64,000 nucleotides of DNA from an uncultured Gammaproteobacteria bacterium (GTDB lineage Bacteria; Patescibacteriota; Patescibacteriia; UBA9934; CAZDDW01). The notes beneath the pieces are model-generated. The model searched no databases, was not told where the DNA came from, and saw only the letters and a program-made list of their open reading frames with translations. Of this stretch, positions 51,001-57,579 are shown piece by piece (the stretch's first letter is position 1; each line of letters opens with the position of its first letter). The position numbers and the translations under genes were made by a program. The DNA lies in NCBI GenBank assembly GCA_965231015.1, contig OZ246408.1, positions 620,115 through 684,114 on the forward strand, written 5' to 3'.

Positions 51001-52798
51001 CACTATAATCCGCGGCATAAGTCAATCCTTCGAAATTTGCGGCATCACTCGTGATGTAAATCAAATCATCTCGATAATATAAGTCGTGCTGGTTAGCCCC
51101 CTCTAAAGTCAGTCCGGCAAAATCTGTTCCACTAACACCAAACCGTACTTCTCTATTATCCCCAGAATCTATTATTTTAAAATTATCTCCGTTAAATTCC
51201 GTGTAGGGTTCACCAACAAATTCACGAACCACGAATGAAAATCCTTGATGGTTAAGATATGTATTTTGATCCAAATCACCACCAAGATCGATTTCACCGG
51301 ATGTTAAAGTAAGGCCATTTCCAGCTGATGTAATTGCCCCATCAACCGTGCCATAAATTGTTCCGTCAACCTCCAAGTCACCGGCCACCAAAACGTCGTC
51401 AACTCCATCAATATAATCGGCCACTCCACCACCAACATCTAACAATGAAGACGTGGTAGAAGTTGAAATTCCAACCTGATCTTCAGAGCCATCTGTGAAC
51501 AATAAATACTCATCCAAACCACTTTCAATTCTAAAGTCAGTTTGAGTTGAACCTTCATTAATAGTAATTTCTTCATCAGCATACTGAACATCAATCATGT
51601 GACGACCACCGGTCCTAAGTTGCCACCGGTCCGGTGTGAAGTACATGAAAGTGTGTGAATCTTCATTGTGACGGATATAGCCTTCCACCCCAACTTCCCC
51701 ATCTACGTCCAAGGTGTAATCCGGGGCATTATTACCAATTCCTAATCTATCATTGGTATCATCCCAGAAAAAATTAGCGTTGTCTTCAATTAGATCTCCT
51801 GAAGCATTAGCAAAAGTTACTGAACCCTGTGTGTATGAGCCAAGATTTCCCAAAGCAAAACTTTCCCAACCGATGTTAGTACTAGCTCCTGAGGTCTTGA
51901 GATACATGGTTCCGTTGGTGGTGTCGACGGTCAGGTCTCCAATGTCAGCTGTAATAGATCCTTCTGGAGTGGTATCAGCTCGGAAAATTTGCAGATCACC
52001 GGCTGAGTTCTCAATGGTGACAATAGCTGTGTCATTAGCCGAGTTTGAATCCACGTGCAAGGCAGTGGCTGGTGTATCATTACCAATTCCTAGCAAACCT
52101 TCAGAATCCAAACTGAAAATTTCCACGTCATTGTGGTTCAAAACGGAAAGTTGATAATTGTCGGCATCAGTCACCGTGTTAAGAACCTTGAGTTCACGCT
52201 CATCCGCCGCCGCCCCGGTCCAACCTGAACCTTGAAGTACCAACATTGGTGAGTTGTACCCTTGAGTGACCGCAGTAGCAGTACCAAGAGCTTCACCTAC
52301 GAGCTCGTCTGAACCAGAGTCAGCAAACGGCCCCACCCTTCCGGCGTTCATGGAAAACGGATGAGCCGCTAGCAGTACTCGAGGCGAGGCTTCGTTGTCC
52401 GCTTCAATTTTTACCCCCAGGTACAAAGTTTCTTGAAAATCTAAATAGTCAGGGAAGCTTACACAGTTTCCCAGCTGAACATCAAAGTAACCTTGAGTGT
52501 CTGGAGTGACTTCAGCACAAGCTCCTACACCCTGGTCATAGGTTTCACTCCAGAGCAATGGTCCGGTTTCACTAGCCACGTCAGTTGGAGCTCCGTTGGT
52601 TGCATGGTTGTAGATTGAAAACTGAATGGTGGTTGAAGCTACTACTGGGTTTCCCAAAATGTCTCGGAGGCGAGACTGGTAATTGACCACGTCCGGGGCG
52701 GCCTGAGCCTGAGACCCAGAAAGACCAAAATTAACGCATGTCAACAACAATGCGACTAAAACACCGGTTCTTTTTAGCCAAATTCTCCCGTCAAGCAT
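42098..52798 (-). CDS. Giant (3566 aa) secreted tail-fibre/adhesin-like protein with peptidase S74 intramolecular chaperone domain
   Basis: Signal peptide; YQSRLRD N-domain; GIGT/FWDD repeats; SDERLKRDI...HGVIAQQV..IYP..V...VDY...IP..MKSIQDQQ; acidic tail. Confidence 0.9.
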   Translation of the reverse strand: MLDGRIWLKRTGVLVALLLTCVNFGLSGSQAQAAPDVVNYQSRLRDILGNPVVASTTIQFSIYNHATNGAPTDVASETGPLLWSETYDQGVGACAEVTPDTQGYFDVQLGNCVSFPDYLDFQETLYLGVKIEADNEASPRVLLAAHPFSMNAGRVGPFADSGSDELVGEALGTATAVTQGYNSPMLVLQGSGWTGAAADERELKVLNTVTDADNYQLSVLNHNDVEIFSLDSEGLLGIGNDTPATALHVDSNSANDTAIVTIENSAGDLQIFRADTTPEGSITADIGDLTVDTTNGTMYLKTSGASTNIGWESFALGNLGSYTQGSVTFANASGDLIEDNANFFWDDTNDRLGIGNNAPDYTLDVDGEVGVEGYIRHNEDSHTFMYFTPDRWQLRTGGRHMIDVQYADEEITINEGSTQTDFRIESGLDEYLLFTDGSEDQVGISTSTTSSLLDVGGGVADYIDGVDDVLVAGDLEVDGTIYGTVDGAITSAGNGLTLTSGEIDLGGDLDQNTYLNHQGFSFVVREFVGEPYTEFNGDNFKIIDSGDNREVRFGVSGTDFAGLTLEGANQHDLYYRDDLIYITSDAANFEGLTYAADYSADYTNRSLVDKEYVDNASINIFNSDGSLSEDRTFDLNGNYFIIENTGMMVEIGEDEWIQSMNTGIYFSELNQDSGGVFYTAENSATGEIMNTWMRTNDLSFERSDDNNLTSTSLDVSPENISITSDVVGFEGAVYAADYSSNYTNRSLVDKEYVDSLGGGGGTLDQSYDTGGAGVGRSIIADSGPVYISDAGQAETATFSDSLLKLNSGLGTTTFTDFPATLVVNSEPAVGEFAFGVTIMGNERTLGLTSSYELLTEAVTLSGNTITFSTNLRSLNITESASTTFLVSGSAAHDGMYQLVSLDPSGTVATVQTVIGGNPGFPAESVSADVLEGSVTFGNPMAERALEVTHGKDFTDAALKIRNYSQGSSLLATHNNTAATDPAVQITNNASGASGLHFSGSSVYSTTFEDITSNYYVMGDSNDMGTTSTGGLLADPYGVSPAFSAVGYGVVGYYNYVGAATAGNNLAGSVNYSGNANHLTGSPTRWAVVGAFETDEDGNVEVRSLAQIEPGGGTDDAEAVLESSHEDNGGDSVVHIEAHKRGAGNSGDAYIELEAAVDDTGTMDSWISFRDENDQLTFTQYGSSLGDDLLNAPGEVFSSTGTIGSSIGVGETSDSLVHALNAVGSYAAGIGAGGGGTLDQAYDFGGAGNGRTITADSGTIQFITPNNSNHSVLTITQNDATNDPSALTISNAGDGAAIEFTGVGGHSLLTDLTSNWIAIADDVTVADINAGFMIDPYGNNPVYTGLNQGAVGFGNYIGADEASQDRSLSFMQAMNDFPNDSPTRSVYLYLWETDAEGGQDVRAQLVAEVAETGDNDAVVEIKSINEDLGHHAYTSLGSYIDNVAANGNAYTAIQARVLNGTGDGFISFTDTRDDLAFTQDSAFFGDDLLNAAGEIFEATGTIGSVSGETSDSLVHALNAVGTYAAGLGAGAGGTLDQAYDFGGAGAGRLITADSGAVQITVPDNSNTAALSITQNDTTNYPGGIDFGSGYAAITNDLSSGWSIVGNGAQFSDLTSGLFIDPYGNDPSLGGSEGFSGIMNFIGAATAGVPTQQIVLNNSDDDFGGTITRYSRIILNETDVTGDVSIDFDARTTSAATGDSDMTFNVVSATNTGDAEFLVGASKTTGTSGESTILLQANNSIADDSTITLSASAGGTSTIQLLSPDGDVYFVDERENNLYLTQDSVALGGDLLNAPGEIYSSSGTIGSSFSESSLSLIHAINAVGTYAAGIGAGAGGTLDMAYDFGGSGAGRIITADSDEVQIIVPDGSGNVGLEIVQNDTTVESSVLQLTNNTDSGASIEFSGTGPQVLEADLTTNFFMMSDGPDLGTTTGGLIYDPYGNESYFAAGDMGIAGIYNFTGAVTSGRETQGSAIYASNQNFFTGTPTRSATIAALENAGSDNDVEAQFYSEIADGGGSSDAVSHVRSRNSDDGGDAQTWIEADKEGVGYVGNAYITISATTDLDPNQRSWIEFEDDNESLNFTQYNSALGDDLLNSAGEIFSSTGTLGSVIGGGGETSTSIVHALNSLGNYVVNFGGAGGGTLDASYDTGGAGAGRSITADSGAVEITVPDTSNNAALTINQNDVTNNPPAIDFGSGLAYMNNSYSGGGYSVLGDGVDFTTLTGGLIIDPYSNEGSLGGNTGLVGLFNFIDPDDIGIDTQVVAMHTGDDMLMSGNRYAQFLVQDNGDGNEVQGIYRGVTSNSTNGDTDFQVYLQNTNTNGDSIAQFNISNNPSTNGDARFYVHATAGNGNSEVDFEVDSVNNGGALITLNADSSGGGGLIHFRDNQEPSLYFTQTGSALGDDLLNDAGEIFADDGSIGSTIGAGGETSTSIVHALNALGTYTASLGAGSSYWSKTGTDLSPTNPGDDLLLNTGETLSIADMTTGSMPFIGSSGLLSQDNTNLFWDDGNNRLGIGTNTPGVELDVSGDIRVTDWIYFNDGGSSVSSIQYDNVGNYIEIGNAAHNTKILADSNGVADFGDGYFSFYATTRHSFATDNGVGVPTERLRITDNTGYIGIGDPSPSAMLDVGGGVVNFIDGTDDLLVADDLEVDGTIYGTLSGSLDSSFTTGSVMFADASGDLDEDNANLFWDDTNKYLGIGTNSPSEMLAVRGTDTSNYAVSITHIGDASTNNAASLRVTAGGGAGALYLYRNEDAATTDDALFELYEDGASDQNVMYLTNDGTGNALLIDQIGDVGFATSSSGALFVRNDAPGIGLNVYSRRAAVDADGPLVSFTEDDGSDQDVLKIQNDGTGNAIEIDQNGAGGVLSADQDSNINMISLTNNGTGSVFDARRGTAATASAFASFRDTNSSATANLLELNTQSSGFALYVSAGESYFLEDVGIGDDSPAALLDVGGGVASNIDGTSDLLVADDIEADGNITLDEYLYYNNATTEYLRHDTTTFILSDDLLPSADDTFDLGSSTVRWQDLYLGPATLHIGADGDETAVTFDTTNDLLTFQNSTDSTNGFQFLDADGGTSILNIDTTNERVGIGTDSPSTKFQVVGQVRASSFANANGTAGSPSYRFNDDSNTGMYRISADTLGFSTSGSEVMRLSSSGIVGIGDTDPTNGGLVVASGVTIGVDSGDNLIDDETHGTGSATLYIGQNTIDTTAPSDERLKRDITATELSIEDLMAVEIVDFRYRSAFTDDDETFYHGVIAQQVEDIYPIAVTTRSDGYKMVDYKSFIPLVMKSIQDQQGVIETIQNSMNDIQETESVEQGSGSTLVMSGEVDNLVVKKHTTFNGDTVGLARILKYETNVQVEFEEEYQYQPIVTATLMNYLHEDIDYIIKDVTLTGFNIEIDKMYGESVEFSWHAFGSNNAKLFISDGTTEEIELVIDQGECGVDNLNACDTLDECKQLTNYYWDGQCHINDPVEGMVDPDEQIDEEPEEEEPVEEEEEVVEEEPVIDEEIAEGEEEEEEVVEEVEDDEPMTEEEVEEDVGTQHVDPDQEETVVEEEPAQPEEAPVEESDTLIEE
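45480..50530 (-). repeat. Five tandem protein-level repeat units in the giant gene
   Basis: GGTLD.(A/S)YD.GG.G.GR.I.ADS starts near 50514, 49092, 48201, 47295, 46386; each unit ends FTQ...G.DLLN..GE.....GT/SIGS...S.S.(V/I)HA.N. Confidence 0.9.
50537..50997. repeat. 41-bp exact direct repeat (YTNRSLVDKEYVD)
   Basis: 50537-50577 identical to 50957-50997. Confidence 0.9.
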
Positions 52799-52839
52799 GG
52801 GGTCTTTTTATTTCTTATATTTTAGCAAATTATAAAGTT

Positions 52840-52865
52840 AATATCCACAGGAAACTGTGGATATT
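52840..52865. promoter_or_regulatory. Perfect 11-bp inverted repeat upstream of the giant gene
   Basis: AATATCCACAG-gaaa-CTGTGGATATT; each arm contains a DnaA-box variant ATATCCACA. Confidence 0.5.
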
Positions 52866-52895
52866 TTGGGTACTTTTTTTTACTCTTAAATGCGC

Positions 52896-53897
52896 TTAAT
52901 TAACTAAACGCCACCCCTCATCAGTATAAACCACATAAAACACTTGACTCATTCCATCATCCGTCACAATAATTTCCACCACATTGTCAAACTCAATTGG
53001 GTATAACTCATTTTGCCAAGTACTCAAGACTTTAACGCTAGAAATTCCTAATTCTTGATCCACCAAATCATCTAACCCAAAAATACTTTCTTTGCTTTCA
53101 TGATCTTTGACATGTTGTGTCTCATCAACCTCGGCTTTTAGATCATCATATACATACTGATAATTGTCTTTATACAATCCTCGGGCTTCATTATTAACCA
53201 CGTTAATCAGAAGGTTGTACATCTCATAATTAAAATATATTGTCTGGTTGGCTTCGTCCTGAATTTCATACCGCAAGGATCGGATCAGTTTTGGATGTGT
53301 AAGCTTGATTCCGTTGGTTTTATCAATCGATGGAAAAGTATAGCCACCGCTATTTGACGTGTGAACCGAAACTTTGCCCACGGTCAAATCCACTCCTTCC
53401 ACACCGGACTCGGTTAACGGATCAATCACTGTGCCGCTCACGGTTGTTATGACCGGCTCAGTAGTATCAAACCAGTCCTCAAAAACCGCACTGTCTTTAT
53501 TGATGTAAACCCCAACCACTAAAGCAATCGCTACCGCGATTACAGAGAGCAAGATGGCTCCTTTGGTATAGCGCATGTTCTTTTTATCTGTTTCAGATTT
53601 ATCAGCTTTTTTAGCTAAACGAATTGAGTTCCAACCCAAGACACAAATCAAGGCAAAAAGCACTAAAATAAGCGCATTAAAGAAGGGCGGAACAACACTT
53701 TGCACCTGTTCAATAACCCCAGGCTCATCCTGCAACACAAAAAAGGCCACGTCTTGTTCCCTACCATCTGACGTTTGCAACACGGCAGTGTGTACCCCTG
53801 GTTCTAAATTATTCAAAATTTCCGTACTCCAATTACCATACTCGTCAGTTTTGATATCGAGCTCAAGCGGCTCGTTCAAGGTTCCTTCTGTGGCCAT
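52896..53897 (-). CDS. Two-TM membrane protein with N-terminal Ig-like fragment and carboxypeptidase-regulatory-like domain
   Basis: KTDEYGNWS..LEPGVHT; two TM; VSGTVID...VEGV.L...TSNSGGYTF. Confidence 0.75.
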   Translation of the reverse strand: MATEGTLNEPLELDIKTDEYGNWSTEILNNLEPGVHTAVLQTSDGREQDVAFFVLQDEPGVIEQVQSVVPPFFNALILVLFALICVLGWNSIRLAKKADKSETDKKNMRYTKGAILLSVIAVAIALVVGVYINKDSAVFEDWFDTTEPVITTVSGTVIDPLTESGVEGVDLTVGKVSVHTSNSGGYTFPSIDKTNGIKLTHPKLIRSLRYEIQDEANQTIYFNYEMYNLLINVVNNEARGLYKDNYQYVYDDLKAEVDETQHVKDHESKESIFGLDDLVDQELGISSVKVLSTWQNELYPIEFDNVVEIIVTDDGMSQVFYVVYTDEGWRLVN

Positions 53898-53898
53898 A

Positions 53899-56502
53899 TT
53901 AATAAATGATAAGTCTTAGCGACTGTAGTGGATCAGCCTTGCCAAAAAACTGAATCGACTCTTCAGTTCTGCGAATTTCAATAAACTGTAGGCTGGATTC
54001 CGCTTCCACGTACTGGGTGACCGGTGCCACACTTTCGTAAACGGTTTCCGTGACCGTTTCGGTAACTGTCTCGGTTATCGGCACTTCCCGCATCACCTCC
54101 TCGGTTTCAGTGATAACTTCTGGAGTACACACTAATCCCTCACCAGCTCCATAAACTGGAACCATTAACACTTCTGGGCCAATAGCCACTCGGCCACGAG
54201 CGGTAGTTATTGGTCGGAAATGGTAAACCGTACCCATGGCTAATCCGTCAATGACCACGGCATGATAAGTGCTGTCGTCATTGGTTTCTGGGGTTGAAAG
54301 CGGATAACCGTAATTTGGTTCAGCACCAAGCGACGTGTGCGACACGTCATCGTACAGCACCCGACCGGTACCAGCCATATTACTCAACCAGCTGACCAAT
54401 ACGGAATCACTGTCAATTTGAGTAGCTTCCACGGTGGTGATATTAATTGATGGCACCTGGGTCTCAATTCCACCTCCCCCACCTTCACAAACCGCACGCG
54501 TACCCTCGGCTTCATACTCACAACTCGAGTCACAACCGTCTCCATCATTTGTATTCCCATCATCACAATCTTCATTTAGCTCAACAAGATAGTTTCCACA
54601 AATCTCTTCAGAAAGACAGTTTGAACTACAACCGTCCCCACTTACCGTGTTTCCATCATCACATACCTCGTTTCCTTCGATTACTCCATTACCACACAAC
54701 TGTCCTACACCACCACCGACTGTCAATGAATAAACGTCCCGTTCCATTAAATTACCACCGGCATCAGCGGCATATATTATGACTGGAACCGCTTCTCCGG
54801 CAGTAAAATCAATTTCCGGGTCAATTGAAAATTGATAAATGTTTGGTGCGGAAACATTGGTGACCACTGTGGTATCACCAACATAATTACCTCCGTTAAA
54901 ATCAAGACTGCTCGCATATGTGATTCGGGTTCCGCTTACGGTCACTTGTCCGGCTCCCCCACCGTTTGTGTAATAGGTTCCGTTGACATAAATCACCACC
55001 TCATCAAGATCAACCCCAACCCCATCATCATTCAGATTAAACTCGACCGTACCATCAGCCACAATTCCGGCGTCATCAGCCGGGTTTCGCGTGTCCACGT
55101 ACGGAGCATCTGAGTCAGTGGTGGTAAAAGTATAGTTGTCAGCCACCATTACGTTGCCGGCTACATCTTCACAATTGTAAACACTCACGGAAACGGTTTC
55201 GTTTTGGGCAAAATCACTGGCCGGGTTAATAGTGATCTGGTAGCCATAGTCAACCGCGGTCACGGTCAAATCACCATGACCCTCCTGGTACGTGGTCAAA
55301 GCAAAACTTGGGCTGGAAACATCAATATCACAAGTATTTGAAACCACCCCGGTTCCAGAAATGTTTCCCGGATAATTTTTCAAATCTTGAACCGTGATAA
55401 CAAGATTGGTATCAACCGCGTTGCCTGAACTTCCCCGAACAGGTGACTCAGATGTCACTTCCGGGGGAACATCATCTTCTTCAGTGGTAAAGGTCCAGGT
55501 TTTAGTATCCATGGTGTTTGGACCATTGGCGTCACCCAGCTGATCTTGGCTAGAACTAGCTAAATCTTGGTATCCGCTAACTTCTACCGTATACGAGGTA
55601 TCGTATTCCCAATTACGATTATCTCCGGCAATACCGCTTGGCGAAGCCGGATCAACTGTTACATCACATTCATTGGTGCCAAAAATTCCGGAACAAGCAT
55701 AACTGGCGTCCCCGGTATGATCTGCCGCGCCTCCCCCGTCATCAAAAGTAATACTGCCCGGTGGAACAGACATATCCACACCGGTACCGGCTCCGGAGTC
55801 ATCCCCTTCACCATTCAAACTATCCCACAACTCAAAGTAATAATCCTCATCAATGTCTACATCAACCGAACCTGTAGACGGGCTCTCATCCTGTGCATAC
55901 GGTTTGATCGTGTCTGCCCAAACGTGAAAATCAAAATCTTCTTCCGAATCCATGTATTCCAGGCCATCACGAGCTATATTAGTGTCGGTCGGTACTCCGT
56001 TCGTGTAATCAATATCAAGAGCAGTCGCATTGTAACCGTAAGCCGCGGCAGTTGGCTCTAACATGGTCCAGGTAACTCGACCGTATTGGCGAGTACCACT
56101 ATAATATGTTCCTGGATTATTGTACGCACTAAATTCCAAATGACCAGCCACGTTATCAATCGATTCACCAACCCAGTTTTGGTAAGCCGTCAGAGTAGTC
56201 AAACCCGAAGCACTAACTTTGTCCGGATCGTAGTCAAGTAAAAAATCAGCTCCGTTGGAGGGGTTGGCCGCATCAATAGCAACGTCGATCCGGGTATTGA
56301 AAGACTGTCCAACGTAATAATAATTGAGATCAGCATCAAGTCCGGTTCCTCCATCTCCGGTGTTATCCGAGCCTGTCTGAGTCAAAGTGTACATCTGAAA
56401 CCAGTTGGTACCGCTTGGGTCAGCTGCGGAAACCGGGGCAGCAAAAAGAAAAACAAAAATCAAGAAATAAAGAAATAAAGAAATCTTAAAATGTTCTCGC
56501 AT
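53899..56502 (-). CDS. Secreted scaffold: cohesin-like, three Ig-like (Big_5-like), Cys-rich (DUF4215-type) and FN3 domains
   Basis: Signal peptide; VGQSF...NGADFLLDYDPDKV (cohesin-like); D..(P/A)P.V....P units; CGNG.IEG.E.CDDGN...GDGCS..C x2; VSW.SN...V.YD...YH.V.I.GL..GT.YHFR. Confidence 0.8.
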   Translation of the reverse strand: MREHFKISLFLYFLIFVFLFAAPVSAADPSGTNWFQMYTLTQTGSDNTGDGGTGLDADLNYYYVGQSFNTRIDVAIDAANPSNGADFLLDYDPDKVSASGLTTLTAYQNWVGESIDNVAGHLEFSAYNNPGTYYSGTRQYGRVTWTMLEPTAAAYGYNATALDIDYTNGVPTDTNIARDGLEYMDSEEDFDFHVWADTIKPYAQDESPSTGSVDVDIDEDYYFELWDSLNGEGDDSGAGTGVDMSVPPGSITFDDGGGAADHTGDASYACSGIFGTNECDVTVDPASPSGIAGDNRNWEYDTSYTVEVSGYQDLASSSQDQLGDANGPNTMDTKTWTFTTEEDDVPPEVTSESPVRGSSGNAVDTNLVITVQDLKNYPGNISGTGVVSNTCDIDVSSPSFALTTYQEGHGDLTVTAVDYGYQITINPASDFAQNETVSVSVYNCEDVAGNVMVADNYTFTTTDSDAPYVDTRNPADDAGIVADGTVEFNLNDDGVGVDLDEVVIYVNGTYYTNGGGAGQVTVSGTRITYASSLDFNGGNYVGDTTVVTNVSAPNIYQFSIDPEIDFTAGEAVPVIIYAADAGGNLMERDVYSLTVGGGVGQLCGNGVIEGNEVCDDGNTVSGDGCSSNCLSEEICGNYLVELNEDCDDGNTNDGDGCDSSCEYEAEGTRAVCEGGGGGIETQVPSINITTVEATQIDSDSVLVSWLSNMAGTGRVLYDDVSHTSLGAEPNYGYPLSTPETNDDSTYHAVVIDGLAMGTVYHFRPITTARGRVAIGPEVLMVPVYGAGEGLVCTPEVITETEEVMREVPITETVTETVTETVYESVAPVTQYVEAESSLQFIEIRRTEESIQFFGKADPLQSLRLIIY

Positions 56503-56503
56503 A

Positions 56504-57301
56504 TTAATTGTCCCCTTCCAAATTAAAATTCTTTAAAACTGTAGTCAAGTCTAACGCGTTTACTTTGGTGTCTTGGTTTAAATTAGACCTATACCCGTTC
56601 CCGGTAGCATCACTTTCAGCAAAATCAGTTAAGCACTGCGTAATATCAAGGGCGTTTATTTTATCATCTCCTAAAGTTGCCGGAGCGTCTCCGGCCAAAT
56701 TAATATCCCCAGCAATAAGTTCGATTGCACCTTTGGGAGCAGAATTATCAGTTTGAGAAAAATTTAGTGTTGTGGTTCCGTCTATCAACGGTACATCATC
56801 TAAGACTAAAGTTAAATGTTGATCCGTTTTTATCCCAATATCATACGTCCCGGCAGCCACTGCCAATTCAATCGGAATCGAATACGTACCATCAACTTCA
56901 GATGTAGCCAAGACCGATTGTGTGTACAAAATCACATCATCGGAATTATCCGAAGTTCTGACCGTAAGAATAAAAGTCACATCATCGTTAGTTTCGGCAA
57001 CACCATAACGTAATTCCGGTACCGCCCATTGCACGACGGCAAAAACTGTTCCCACAGCATCATCCCACCAGGTTCCATGGTCATAGATGTAATTGGCACT
57101 GGTCGAGGTTCCAACCCCCGGGTGACCGACCTCAGCCTTGAACTGATAGTTAGTTGAACTACCGTCAAACTCAACCGGACCACCACGCTCCTGATTCATA
57201 TCGTAGTTTGCACTATCCCCGGCCAAAGCTAAAGCCGGTAGCATCATAAGTGCCCCAGTTATCAAAAGAATTCTCCGATTGATTATGGCTCGGATCTTCA
57301 T
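56504..57301 (-). CDS. Secreted protein with X-module and C-terminal dockerin
   Basis: Signal peptide; GTYDIGIKTDQHL; AGDIN...DDKINALD...NLNQDTKVNALD...KNF duplicated Ca-binding loops. Confidence 0.8.
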   Translation of the reverse strand: MKIRAIINRRILLITGALMMLPALALAGDSANYDMNQERGGPVEFDGSSTNYQFKAEVGHPGVGTSTSANYIYDHGTWWDDAVGTVFAVVQWAVPELRYGVAETNDDVTFILTVRTSDNSDDVILYTQSVLATSEVDGTYSIPIELAVAAGTYDIGIKTDQHLTLVLDDVPLIDGTTTLNFSQTDNSAPKGAIELIAGDINLAGDAPATLGDDKINALDITQCLTDFAESDATGNGYRSNLNQDTKVNALDLTTVLKNFNLEGDN

Positions 57302-57422
57302 GTTTTTATCTGCCCCTTTATTTTACCCTAAAAATACAAAATGTGCTTTGAGTTATGTGGACAGATGAATAAGTCTTGATTTTACTCTGATTTTAGAGTA
57401 GTATTGTTGTACCCGAAGACAA

Positions 57423-57496
57423 TCCGAGGTCGTCTAAGGGCAGGACACCAGGTTTTGGTCCTGGGAATCGGGGTTCGAATCCCTGCCTCGGAACCA
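57423..57496 (+). tRNA. tRNA-Gln(TTG)
   Basis: Acceptor TCCGAGG/CCTCGGA, anticodon arm CCAGG-TTTTGGT-CCTGG, T-loop TTCGAAT, encoded CCA. Confidence 0.96.
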
Positions 57497-57528
57497 GTAA
57501 AACCTCTCACTTTGTGAGGGGTTTTACT
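57496..57528. terminator. Terminator after the tRNA
   Basis: AGTAAAACCTCTCAC-ttt-GTGAGGGGTTTTACT. Confidence 0.8.
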
Positions 57529-57579
57529 AATATTGACAGGAAAAACTCTGACCAGGTCCTCCCTTTCAAGGAAAACATA

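Noticed and set aside
42098-52798. Prophage tail region
   Set aside because: No capsid, terminase, integrase or baseplate genes; the protein has a Sec-type signal peptide and cellular neighbours
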